DNA from: an uncultured virus (IMG/VR IMGVR_UViG_3300020577_001549)
Taxonomy: Duplodnaviria > Heunggongvirae > Uroviricota > Caudoviricetes
Reading direction: 5' to 3' (one strand)
Length of the DNA: 64,000 nt
IMG/VR virus record: IMGVR_UViG_3300020577_001549
A model generated the notes under the pieces. It saw nothing but the letters and a program-made list of their open reading frames with translations, did not search any database and was not told where the DNA came from. This document shows, piece by piece, positions 52,503 to 61,561 of this stretch. The translations under genes and the position numbers were made by a program. Every line of letters begins with the position of its first letter. Position 1 is the first letter of the stretch.

Positions 52503-53207
52503 ATGACAACTTCCGGCACCACTGCCTTCAACATGGACCTCACCGAATTGGTGGAGGAGGCGTTCGAGCGCTGTGGTGCGGAGTTGCGTTCTGGCTACGA
52601 TCTGCGCACCGCTCGGCGGTCTTTGAACCTGCTGTTCGCTGATTGGGCCAACCGCGGCATCAACATGTGGACTTTCGAGCAGGGTACGATCCCTCTGGTC
52701 GCTGGGACAGCCACCTACGACCTCCCAGCCGACACCGTGGACCTGATGGAGCACGTCATCCGTACGGGCGCAGGGTCGGCTTCCACGCAAGCAGACCTCA
52801 ACATCACGCGCATCAGCGTCTCGACCTATGCCACGATACCCAACAAGCTCCAGCAGGCTCGCCCGATTCAAGTCTGGATTGAACGTCTGCAAGCCGGTCC
52901 TCGAATCACTGTATGGCCGGTTCCTGACAACACTACAACTTACACTTTCGTGTATTGGCGGCTTCGTCGGATTGATGATGCTGGTGGTGGTGTCAACACG
53001 ATGGACGTCCCCTTTCGCTTCCTGAACGCCATGGTGGCGGGCTTGGCCTACTACTTGGCCATGAAGCTGCCCAACGGTGTCCAGCGCCTCGAAATGCTCA
53101 AGGCGCAGTACGATGAGGCTTGGGACTTGGCCAGCTCGGAAGACCGCGAAAAAGCGGCTGTCCGGTTTGTGCCTCGCCACAACTTCATCGGCAACGGGGG
53201 GTACTGA
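52503..53207 (+). CDS. Probable head-tail adaptor/connector protein
   Basis: EEAFERCG, SLNLLFADWANRG, WPVPD, GLAYYLA. Confidence 0.7.
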   Translation: MTTSGTTAFNMDLTELVEEAFERCGAELRSGYDLRTARRSLNLLFADWANRGINMWTFEQGTIPLVAGTATYDLPADTVDLMEHVIRTGAGSASTQADLNITRISVSTYATIPNKLQQARPIQVWIERLQAGPRITVWPVPDNTTTYTFVYWRLRRIDDAGGGVNTMDVPFRFLNAMVAGLAYYLAMKLPNGVQRLEMLKAQYDEAWDLASSEDREKAAVRFVPRHNFIGNGGY

Positions 53208-53590
53208 TGCCGAACCGGTTTGCGTCGGGCCCACGGGCCATTGCGATGTGCGACATTTGCGGTTTTCAGTTCAAGCTGAAAGAACTGCGCACGCAGATCG
53301 TCAAGACCAAACCGGTGAACGATCGCGTCTGCAAAGAGTGCTGGTCGCCCGACCATCCCCAGCTCCAGCTGGGCATGTACCCGGTCGATGATCCACAGGC
53401 GTTGCGCAACCCACGGCGCGACACGACGTACGTCACTGCGGGCACAAACTCCGGCGGCAACCCATCGGGCGGCAGTCGGGACATCCAGTGGGGCTGGGCA
53501 CCGGTTGGTGGAGCCAGCAGCTTTGATGCCGTGTTGACCCCCAATTACTTGGTGGCCACGACATTTGTTGGTACAGTAACAACTTCTTAA
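53207..53590 (+). CDS. Zn-finger-containing virion-region protein
   Basis: CDIC...CKEC, DPQALRNPR. Confidence 0.7.
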   Translation: MPNRFASGPRAIAMCDICGFQFKLKELRTQIVKTKPVNDRVCKECWSPDHPQLQLGMYPVDDPQALRNPRRDTTYVTAGTNSGGNPSGGSRDIQWGWAPVGGASSFDAVLTPNYLVATTFVGTVTTS

Positions 53591-53600
53591 GGAGCCGACC

Positions 53601-53786
53601 ATGGCATTCACAAAATCTGCAGACGGCGTTGCCAAAAAAGGCAAGACCTCGGTCAACGTTATGGCCAATGATGGCCCCAAAGTCGCCCCCAAAACAGCGG
53701 GCAAGAAAAGCTCCGGCGTGACCAGCGAGGCCATGATGAAAGTCGGCCGCAATGTGGCCCGCGCCAACAACCAAAAGCGAGGCTGA
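53601..53786 (+). CDS. Small basic protein
   Basis: TAAGGAG RBS; ADGVAKKGKT. Confidence 0.7.
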   Translation: MAFTKSADGVAKKGKTSVNVMANDGPKVAPKTAGKKSSGVTSEAMMKVGRNVARANNQKRG

Positions 53787-53788
53787 TC

Positions 53789-54055
53789 ATGGCCAAATTT
53801 AGCCAAAAAATGGGCGGCAAAGAGGTTGGCGCTGCCAGCGTCTACGCCAAGCCCCACACCATGTCGGGTAAAACCGTAACAGCTTCGACCAACCCCGGCA
53901 AAGCGCCGAACCGCAGCAAAGCGGATACGGTTGATGCGTCCGTGGGCAACATCAGCAAGTCGGCCGGCAACGAGCCGACCAAGACCAGCGGCATCAAGGT
54001 GCGCGGCACTGGCGCGGCCACCAAAGGCTTGATGGCCCGCGGCCCCATGGCGTAA
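53789..54055 (+). CDS. Small basic protein
   Basis: C-terminal RGTGAATKG. Confidence 0.7.
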   Translation: MAKFSQKMGGKEVGAASVYAKPHTMSGKTVTASTNPGKAPNRSKADTVDASVGNISKSAGNEPTKTSGIKVRGTGAATKGLMARGPMA

Positions 54056-54065
54056 GGACTGAATC

Positions 54066-54722
54066 ATGGCGATGACCTATGCCCAGCTCGTGACGGCGGT
54101 TCAAGACTACTGTGAGAACACGTTTCCCACGGTGGACATGAACACGTTCATCCAGCAGGCGGAACAGCGCATCTACAACACGGTGCAGCTGGCGAGTCTT
54201 CGCAAAAACATGACCGGTGTGCTGTCCGCAAACAACAAGTACCTGTCGGCCCCCAACGATTTTCTGTCAGCGTACTCGCTGGCCGTCATCGACACCAACG
54301 GGGACTACCTGTACCTGCTGAACAAGGACGTGAACTTCATCCGTGAAGCCTACCCGTCGTCCACCGCCACCGGGCTGCCCAAGCACTACGCCATCTTTGG
54401 CCCGCAGAGTTCGGACGCCAAGGAGCTGTCGTTCATCTTGGGCCCAACGCCCGATCTGAGCTATTCCGTCGAGCTGCATTTCTACTACTACCCCGAGTCC
54501 ATCGTGACGGCTGGCCAGACTTGGCTGGGCGACAACTTCGATTCCGCGCTGCTCAACGGCACCATGGTCGAAGCGATCCGGTTCATGAAGGGTGAGCAGG
54601 ACATGGTTCAGCTGTACCAAGCTATGTACGAGCAGTCGATTGCTCTGCTGAAGAACTTGGGTGACGGCAAGCAACGGATGGATGCCTACCGTGACGGCCA
54701 AGTCAGAACGGGGGTTGCATGA
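54066..54722 (+). CDS. Probable tail adaptor (tail tubular A-like)
   Basis: FIQQAEQRI, GLPKHYA, LGPTPD, WLGDN. Confidence 0.7.
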   Translation: MAMTYAQLVTAVQDYCENTFPTVDMNTFIQQAEQRIYNTVQLASLRKNMTGVLSANNKYLSAPNDFLSAYSLAVIDTNGDYLYLLNKDVNFIREAYPSSTATGLPKHYAIFGPQSSDAKELSFILGPTPDLSYSVELHFYYYPESIVTAGQTWLGDNFDSALLNGTMVEAIRFMKGEQDMVQLYQAMYEQSIALLKNLGDGKQRMDAYRDGQVRTGVA

Positions 54723-55135
54723 GCAGCATCGTCCAGACACAGACGACCAGCTTCAAAAAGGAGCTGTACCAAGCGATCCACGACCTGTCCACCGACACGT
54801 TGATGATCGCCCTGTACACGGCCAACGCGGACTTGAATGCCGCCACCACCGCGTACAGCACCGCCGACGAAGTCTCTGGTGGCGGGTACACCGCCGGGGG
54901 TGTTGCGCTGACCGGTGTGACCATCAACTCTGACGGGTACACGGCCTACGTCAACTTCAACAACGTGAGCTTTGGCGCATCTGTGACAGCCCGGTGTGCG
55001 CTGATCTACAATTTGAGCAAAGCCAGCCGTTCGATCGCAGTGCTGGATTTTGGGTCCGACAAGACCTCGACCAGCTTTTCCATCACCATGCCAGCGAACA
55101 CCGCCACTGCAGCGCTGATTCGCAGTTCAATCTGA
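54719..55135 (+). CDS. Tail-associated structural protein
   Basis: IALYT, GGGYTAGG, ALIYN, VLDFG. Confidence 0.7.
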   Translation: MSSIVQTQTTSFKKELYQAIHDLSTDTLMIALYTANADLNAATTAYSTADEVSGGGYTAGGVALTGVTINSDGYTAYVNFNNVSFGASVTARCALIYNLSKASRSIAVLDFGSDKTSTSFSITMPANTATAALIRSSI

Positions 55136-55144
55136 GGAGCAACC

Positions 55145-55723
55145 ATGTCTCTTGAAAAAATCAAAACTTCCGACACCATGGCCAGCGGCTTGATCGCGGG
55201 CACACGCTCGGGCGAAGACGCGGTGGCCCTTGGGTACTTCACCGTGCAGTGCTTCGACAAGGACGGCAACCTGAAGTGGGAAACGCAAAACCACAACCTT
55301 GTGGTGAACCAAGGCCTGCAGTACATGTGCGGCACAGCGCTGACAAGCGTGTCTCAGCTCACCAGCTGGTACATTGGCTTGTATGGCGCTGGCGCGTCGA
55401 ACACCCCGGCCGCTGGCGACACCATGGCTTCGCACGCTGGCTGGACAGAGATCGTGCCGTACAGCAACGCCGCACGCCCGGCCTGCACCTTTGCGACAGC
55501 AACAACCGCAAACCCTTCGGTGGCCACCAACTCAGCATCGCCAGCAGCGTTTTCCATCAACGCAACCGCCACGGTGGGCGGAGCATTCTTGGTGAGCAAC
55601 AGCACAAAATCCGGCACCACCGGCACCTTGTTCTCGGCTGCGGACTTCTCATCCCCCGGCGACCGGAACGTGGCGTCTGGCGACACGCTGAACGTCACCT
55701 ACACACTCAGCTTGGCTGGTTGA
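55145..55723 (+). CDS. Tail-associated structural protein
   Basis: NLVVNQG, GTLFSA, GDTLNVTY. Confidence 0.7.
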   Translation: MSLEKIKTSDTMASGLIAGTRSGEDAVALGYFTVQCFDKDGNLKWETQNHNLVVNQGLQYMCGTALTSVSQLTSWYIGLYGAGASNTPAAGDTMASHAGWTEIVPYSNAARPACTFATATTANPSVATNSASPAAFSINATATVGGAFLVSNSTKSGTTGTLFSAADFSSPGDRNVASGDTLNVTYTLSLAG

Positions 55724-55746
55724 TCGCCATCGGCTTTGGAGCGTCC

Positions 55747-55914
55747 ATGAAAATCGACTTTCAGTTTGAAACGCCGCATGGCATCTTCCGTGATGCCTTG
55801 CATCTGGCGGACGACCACACGTTTACGGAAGAAGAGATTCAAGCCATGAAGCAGCAGCGCCTTGACAAATGGGTTGCCCTCATCACTGCGCCGCCTGTTG
55901 ATGAGGTAGCGTAA
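55747..55914 (+). CDS. Small protein preceding the tail fibre
   Basis: GGAG RBS; TAATG coupling to the next gene. Confidence 0.6.
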   Translation: MKIDFQFETPHGIFRDALHLADDHTFTEEEIQAMKQQRLDKWVALITAPPVDEVA

Positions 55915-58900
55915 TGGCCGATCGGTTCTGGGTTGGTGGGACGGGGACATGGAGTTCGGTTTCCACAACCAACTGGTCCGCAAGCTCTGGCGGGCCTAGT
56001 GGCGCTTCGGCCCCAACAGCGACCGATAGTGTGTTTTTTGACCAAGCCGGGTCGTACACAGTAAACTTCTCAGGCACGATTGCATGCGACAATTTCACCG
56101 TTTCTGCTGGCACGGTGACGTTTGCCTCAACCGGGACCTTGACGGTTAACGGCAACTGGAACACAAACGCAACAGTCGCTTTTACGCAGACAAACGCAAT
56201 CGTGCTCGGTGCCACAACGGCAAAAACCGTCACAACAAATGGCGGCGTACTGGGGCCATTGACGTTTTCAGGGAGCGGCGGAAGCTGGGCGTTGCAAGAC
56301 GCCTTGAACGCCACCGCAACTCCGGCGTCAACAACAGTCACCCTTACTCAGGGGACGCTTGATCTAAACGGCAATACGTTCACATGCGGGCGGTTTGTAA
56401 GCTCCAATACGAACACGCGCACAATTGCGTTTGGGTCAAGCAACATTGTCCTTACGGGCAACGGTACGATCTGGAATTTGAGCACCGTCACAGGATTGAC
56501 AATCACCGGCACTCCGGTGGTCAACATAACCAACAGCACGGCCACGGCAACAACGGTTACTCCGGGCGCTTTGTCTGAGGCGATGGCTTGCAGTTTTGTA
56601 TTCAGCGGCACAGGAGCAGCCACGTACACGTTCTTGACGACCGGGACACACAATGCAAAAGATGTGACGTTTACGAGCACTTTTGGTGGGACTTGGGGGT
56701 CCACTGTTGCCGGATCGGTGTACGGAGAATTTCTATTTCAACCGTCTTCGGGTTTGAGTTTTACCGGGGCAATCGCCTTCCGGGGCACCAATGCTTCCAA
56801 CAACATCACATCAAACGACACAGCGTTTTCCGCCGGGGTTACATTCAACGGCGTTGGAAAAACTTGGACGCTCCAAAACGCCTTTAGCGTAACCTCAACC
56901 GCACTCACAAACGGCACCCTAAATTTAAATGGGTACTCGTGGACCGCCACGACATTTTCGACCGTTGCCGGGGTAAAAAACTTGACGTTCAATGGCGGCT
57001 CGGTGGTGGTAACTACCAATTCATCGACGGCGTTCAACAACGCGGCACCAACAGGGTTTACAACGACCGCAGGCACTGCAAACGGTGTCATTTCGTTGAC
57101 CTCTAGTTTCCAAAAAACCTTTGTTGGCGGGGGCTCAACATACGCGGCAACGATTAACCAAGGTGGTGCTGGCGCATTGTTGATCTCCGGCTCAAACACG
57201 TTGGTTGGAATCTCTAACACCTATTCAGTTTCCGGGGCTACAACGATCTCTTTTACGTCTGGCATCACGACAACCGTTTCAGGCTTTTCGGCTGACGGTG
57301 CCCTCGGTAAAGTGCTGACCCTTAACACCACCACGCCGGGTGCTCGGGCTACGATTGCGCTGTCTGGTGGCGGAACCGTGATAGGTAACGATTACCTGAA
57401 CTGGAGGGACCTTAACTTCACCCCATTTGTGACCGACGGCACCGCTGCGTACAACTGGTACGCTGGGGTCAACTCCACAAGCTCTGGCAATTCAACTGGC
57501 ATTGTTGCGCTTGCGGCCGGGTACAAGGCGTACCACATAACATCTGGCACAACATGGACGGTTCCATCCGACTGGAATAACGCAGACAACACCATTTATC
57601 TTGTTGGTGGCGGTGGGGGCGGCGGAGGGGGGCGGGCGACAAGCACGACCAACAAAGCCGCAGGCGGTGGCGGCGGTGGCGGCGGGTTCACGGCAATCTC
57701 AAACTATTTTTTAAGTGGGAGCGTCGGGTACGCGATTGGTGCTGGGGGTACTTCAGGGGCCGGTGGTGGCGGTGCTGGCGGTATGGGGGGGACTACTAGC
57801 TTCGACGTCTTTTCCGCCGTTGGTGGGCTAGGTGGGTCCACCACAGTAATCCCAACCTCCGTAGGTGGCGCAGGGGGTGGTGGCAGTACATATACCGGCG
57901 GCACCGGCGGCGCGGGAGCAACCACAACCACCCTTAGCGTAGGTTGCGGCGCAGGAGGCGGGGGCGGCGCGGCTGGCCCTCTCGGCAACGGCGGCAACGG
58001 TGGAAACGGGGCTACCGGGGGCGCATCTACCACCCCGGGTGGTGGCGGAGGCGGCAACGGCGGCGGGACTGCGGGCAGCAATGCAGTTGCCTCTACATCT
58101 GGCGGAGCTGGCGGCAACAACGCTGCGGGTGTCGGCGGAGGCGCAACCAGAACAACCACGGGGGCAAACGTCGGAACCGTGGGCGGCGGCGGTAGCGGCG
58201 GCTTTAACGGCGATGCGGGCGCGGGTAGTGCTGGGATTGAGATTTTTCAGGCAACAGGCTCCGGCGGCGGAGTTGGCGGGGCTTCACTTGGGGTTTCGGT
58301 TGCTGGCGTCAATGGTGCCGGGGGTAACGGCGGATATGTATCAACGGGCACAACCACATCTTCCGGCGGTGCTGGCGGCGCTGGGTTCATCTTCATTGTT
58401 TATTTGTCGTCGGGGGGCTCCGGCGTTTCAGGCAGCTTCTCCGACTCGGCCACAGGCTCTGATGTTTTCTCGGCCGCAATCGCATTCCGCTCGGTTTTTT
58501 CCGATCTCGCTACTGCCGCTGAAGCGTGGGCCGTGCAAGCAAACCTGAACGCAATTGCTGAAGAGACTGCGGCCGGCACAGACCTGCTTGGCCAATCCCA
58601 AATCGCATACCCAAGCGTTGACGAGTCCGTTTCTGGCAGCGATGCGGCCACGGTGCTTGCCGACCTTCATGTGCTGCTCTATGAGACAGCCAGCGCATCA
58701 GACGCTGTTGCTGGGTTTGCCGCCATACAGGTGAGCGTGTCCGAAACCGCAACCAGCAGCGACACCCAGCAAGGCGTTGTGATTTTTGTCGGGGACATTT
58801 CCGAGCTGGCCTCCAGCACTGACGTTGTGGCCAGCATTGTCAGCTTCGCCTCACAGGTGCTCGAAACCACGACCACCACAGACGTTACGCTGGTTGCCCC

Positions 58901-59141
58901 AAGCGCATTCTCGATTGTGGTTGCCGAGGCAGTGACAGCATTGAGCGAGCTATTCCCCAAGGGCACTTTCAACGTCAGCTTGTCGGAAACCGCCACTGCA
59001 TTAGACGCAATGGTTGGCGCATACCTGTGGAACCCGATTGATGACAGCCAAACAGCGAACTGGCAAAATGTAAGCAACCCGCAGTCGTCCAGCTGGACCG
59101 ATGTGCCCAATTCTCAGTCTCCGGGCTGGACCGATATTTAA
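55914..59141 (+). CDS. Tail fibre/spike-like protein (beta-helix-like repeats, glycine-rich domain, ETA-repeat C-terminus)
   Basis: 1075 aa, G/T/S-rich; poly-Gly tracts; terminal W repeats. Confidence 0.7.
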   Translation: MADRFWVGGTGTWSSVSTTNWSASSGGPSGASAPTATDSVFFDQAGSYTVNFSGTIACDNFTVSAGTVTFASTGTLTVNGNWNTNATVAFTQTNAIVLGATTAKTVTTNGGVLGPLTFSGSGGSWALQDALNATATPASTTVTLTQGTLDLNGNTFTCGRFVSSNTNTRTIAFGSSNIVLTGNGTIWNLSTVTGLTITGTPVVNITNSTATATTVTPGALSEAMACSFVFSGTGAATYTFLTTGTHNAKDVTFTSTFGGTWGSTVAGSVYGEFLFQPSSGLSFTGAIAFRGTNASNNITSNDTAFSAGVTFNGVGKTWTLQNAFSVTSTALTNGTLNLNGYSWTATTFSTVAGVKNLTFNGGSVVVTTNSSTAFNNAAPTGFTTTAGTANGVISLTSSFQKTFVGGGSTYAATINQGGAGALLISGSNTLVGISNTYSVSGATTISFTSGITTTVSGFSADGALGKVLTLNTTTPGARATIALSGGGTVIGNDYLNWRDLNFTPFVTDGTAAYNWYAGVNSTSSGNSTGIVALAAGYKAYHITSGTTWTVPSDWNNADNTIYLVGGGGGGGGGRATSTTNKAAGGGGGGGGFTAISNYFLSGSVGYAIGAGGTSGAGGGGAGGMGGTTSFDVFSAVGGLGGSTTVIPTSVGGAGGGGSTYTGGTGGAGATTTTLSVGCGAGGGGGAAGPLGNGGNGGNGATGGASTTPGGGGGGNGGGTAGSNAVASTSGGAGGNNAAGVGGGATRTTTGANVGTVGGGGSGGFNGDAGAGSAGIEIFQATGSGGGVGGASLGVSVAGVNGAGGNGGYVSTGTTTSSGGAGGAGFIFIVYLSSGGSGVSGSFSDSATGSDVFSAAIAFRSVFSDLATAAEAWAVQANLNAIAEETAAGTDLLGQSQIAYPSVDESVSGSDAATVLADLHVLLYETASASDAVAGFAAIQVSVSETATSSDTQQGVVIFVGDISELASSTDVVASIVSFASQVLETTTTTDVTLVAPSAFSIVVAEAVTALSELFPKGTFNVSLSETATALDAMVGAYLWNPIDDSQTANWQNVSNPQSSSWTDVPNSQSPGWTDI

Positions 59142-59150
59142 GGACAAACC

Positions 59151-59984
59151 ATGTCAAGCACTTTCTCCAGCCTCAAGTTTGAGCTGATTGGCACCGGGGA
59201 CCAGTCTGGTACTTGGGGCTCAACCACCAACACCAACATCGGCACTGCCATCGAGCAGGCCATCGCTGGCATGGCCACTTTGACCGCCGGCAACTTCACT
59301 GCCAACGTGGCCACCCTGACGCTGACGGACACCAACGCCGCTCAGAACGCCCGCGCACTGGCGCTCGTGGTGGCCAACGGCTCGCTGTCGGCCGCAGGCA
59401 CGATCAACGTCCCCGCCGTCCAAAAGCCCTACATCATCATCAACAACGATGTTTGGGACGTCACAGTCAAGGTGTCTGGCCTGACTGGTGTGCTGGTGCC
59501 CGCTGGCAAGCGCACGGTGGTGTACAACAACGGCACCGATGTGGGTGAAGAGATCAGCTACCTGACCGCCTTGGCACTGGGCACACCTCTGCCAGCCAGC
59601 AGCGGCGGCACCGGGGGCGCATCCCTTGCGGTGGCGCAGATCGTCACATACACGGGCGCGGAAACCCTGACCAACAAGACGTTCACCGGCTACACGGAAA
59701 CCGTCTACGCCATCACTGACGGTGGGTCGGTGGTCATCAACCCCGCCAACGGCACGATCCAGACATGGACGCTGGGCGCAAACCGCTCTCCTTCGATCAC
59801 GATGAGCGCAGGCCAAAGCCTGACATTGATGGTCGATGACGGCACCGCCTACGCGGTCACATGGCCATCGGTCACGTGGGTTGGCGGCACCGCCCCCACG
59901 CTGCCTACCACCGGCTACGGCGTGATTGTGCTGTGGAAGGTCGGGACAACGGTGTACGGCAACTACGTTGGGAAGGTGGCCTGA
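59151..59984 (+). CDS. Tail fibre-related protein
   Basis: GDQSGTWGSTTNTN N-terminus; ETLTNKT; WPSVTWVGGTAPTL. Confidence 0.7.
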   Translation: MSSTFSSLKFELIGTGDQSGTWGSTTNTNIGTAIEQAIAGMATLTAGNFTANVATLTLTDTNAAQNARALALVVANGSLSAAGTINVPAVQKPYIIINNDVWDVTVKVSGLTGVLVPAGKRTVVYNNGTDVGEEISYLTALALGTPLPASSGGTGGASLAVAQIVTYTGAETLTNKTFTGYTETVYAITDGGSVVINPANGTIQTWTLGANRSPSITMSAGQSLTLMVDDGTAYAVTWPSVTWVGGTAPTLPTTGYGVIVLWKVGTTVYGNYVGKVA

Positions 59985-60622
59985 TGTTGCTCGCAACCAA
60001 ACTCATGGGGTCGAGCCGGGCGCTGACGTTTGTGGCATCGGCCACGGGCGTAACCAGCATTGCCAGCATGCCTGCGCATCAAGCGGGCGATCTCTTGGTG
60101 GCGTTCTCGGCACTCAACAGCGGCGGCGTGTCTGGCCAAAAGCCAACGCTTCCGTCTGGTTGGACATCGTTTTCAAGCAACTCAAGCAGCGGCTCGCTCA
60201 GTGTTGGCACCCAAGGCGGGTACAAAATTGCCACATCCGATGCGGAAACATCGGGTACATGGACTGGGGCGGAGGGGTTGATCCTTTGCGTTTATCGCAA
60301 TTCGTCTGGACTGGGGACCACAAACACCACCGGGTACACCGCATCGTCGTTGTCCGTCATCTATGCGTCCATGGCTACGTTTCAGGTGGCCAGCGGAACC
60401 TCATTTGCCGTGGGTTTGGTGGCCACCGAAACGGCGTCCACCGTCGCCATCAACACCGCGCCAACCGGAATGGTGAACCGCAACTACGTGGCCAACGCCA
60501 ACCTGTCAATGGCTTTTCATGACACCAATCAAGGCGTTACCAATTGGGGCACTCAAACGGCGTACATTGGGACCAACGTATCTGACCGGTGGGTGTCCCG
60601 GGTAGAACTCAAGCAAGCGTAA
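59984..60622 (+). CDS. Probable receptor-binding/tail tip protein
   Basis: QAGDLLV, PSGWT; TGATG coupling. Confidence 0.6.
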   Translation: MLLATKLMGSSRALTFVASATGVTSIASMPAHQAGDLLVAFSALNSGGVSGQKPTLPSGWTSFSSNSSSGSLSVGTQGGYKIATSDAETSGTWTGAEGLILCVYRNSSGLGTTNTTGYTASSLSVIYASMATFQVASGTSFAVGLVATETASTVAINTAPTGMVNRNYVANANLSMAFHDTNQGVTNWGTQTAYIGTNVSDRWVSRVELKQA

Positions 60623-60633
60623 AGGAGCGCCCC

Positions 60634-61038
60634 ATGATCGACGCACTTCTCAATGTGGGCGGGAAGCTCATCGACAAGCTCATCCCTGACCCCGAAGCCA
60701 AGGCCAGAGCGCAGCTTGAACTGGCGACGCTGGCGCAAAATGGCGAACTGGCGCAGATGGCCAACGACACCAAGCTGTTTGAGGTCGCGCAGACCAACAC
60801 CACAGACCGCTGGAAAGCAGACATGGTGTCTGACTCTTGGCTGTCCAAAAACATCCGCCCCATGGCCCTGATTGCCATCTTCACGGCGTATTTCGTGTTC
60901 ACCATGATGTCGGCGTTTGGATACAGTGCCCAAGAATCCTACGTCGAGCTGCTGGGCCAGTGGGGACAGATCATTTTTGTGGCCTACTTTGGGGGCCGCA
61001 CGATCGAAAAGTTGGCCGACATGAAGGGCCGTAAATGA
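60634..61038 (+). CDS. Holin (3TM holin-like)
   Basis: GKLIDKLIPDP, SWLSKNIRP, YFGGRT-EK; TM segments; next to the endolysin. Confidence 0.8.
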   Translation: MIDALLNVGGKLIDKLIPDPEAKARAQLELATLAQNGELAQMANDTKLFEVAQTNTTDRWKADMVSDSWLSKNIRPMALIAIFTAYFVFTMMSAFGYSAQESYVELLGQWGQIIFVAYFGGRTIEKLADMKGRK

Positions 61039-61553
61039 ACGGCAACTTCGACCGCGCTCTTGCAGACCTGCTGGCTCCTGATCGCGAAGGCGGGTTCAGC
61101 AACCACCCGGAAGACCCGGGCGGCATAACCAACCATGGTGTCACCAAAGCAACGTGGGAAGCGTGGGTTGGCCATGCGGTCAGTGAAAAGGCCATGCGGG
61201 CGTTGACCCATGCAGATGTGGCCCCGCTGTACCGCCGCAAGTATTGGGACGCCGCGCGGTGTGGGGAATTGCCTGATGGGGTTGACTACATCGTCTTTGA
61301 CACCGCCGTGAACAGCGGCGTTGGGCGGGCCATTAAATTCCTGCAGGGGTGCGTGGGTGTCGATATGGATGGTGCCTTCGGGCCCAAAACAATGGCCGCA
61401 GTCAAGGCCGCGGACAAGCAGCAACTGGTCGAGGACTACGCCAAGCGCCGCCTTTCGTTCTTGAGCGATCTGCGCACATGGGGTACATTCGGAAGGGGCT
61501 GGAGCCGCCGCGTGGCGGAGGTGCAGAAAACAGCCTCCGACATGCTCGCATGA
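61035..61553 (+). CDS. Endolysin, glycoside hydrolase family 108 with PG-binding domain
   Basis: EGGFSNHPEDPGG-TN-G, FDTAVNSG, DG-FGPKT, FGRGW-RR. Confidence 0.9.
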   Translation: MNGNFDRALADLLAPDREGGFSNHPEDPGGITNHGVTKATWEAWVGHAVSEKAMRALTHADVAPLYRRKYWDAARCGELPDGVDYIVFDTAVNSGVGRAIKFLQGCVGVDMDGAFGPKTMAAVKAADKQQLVEDYAKRRLSFLSDLRTWGTFGRGWSRRVAEVQKTASDMLA

Positions 61554-61561
61554 GGTAGGCT

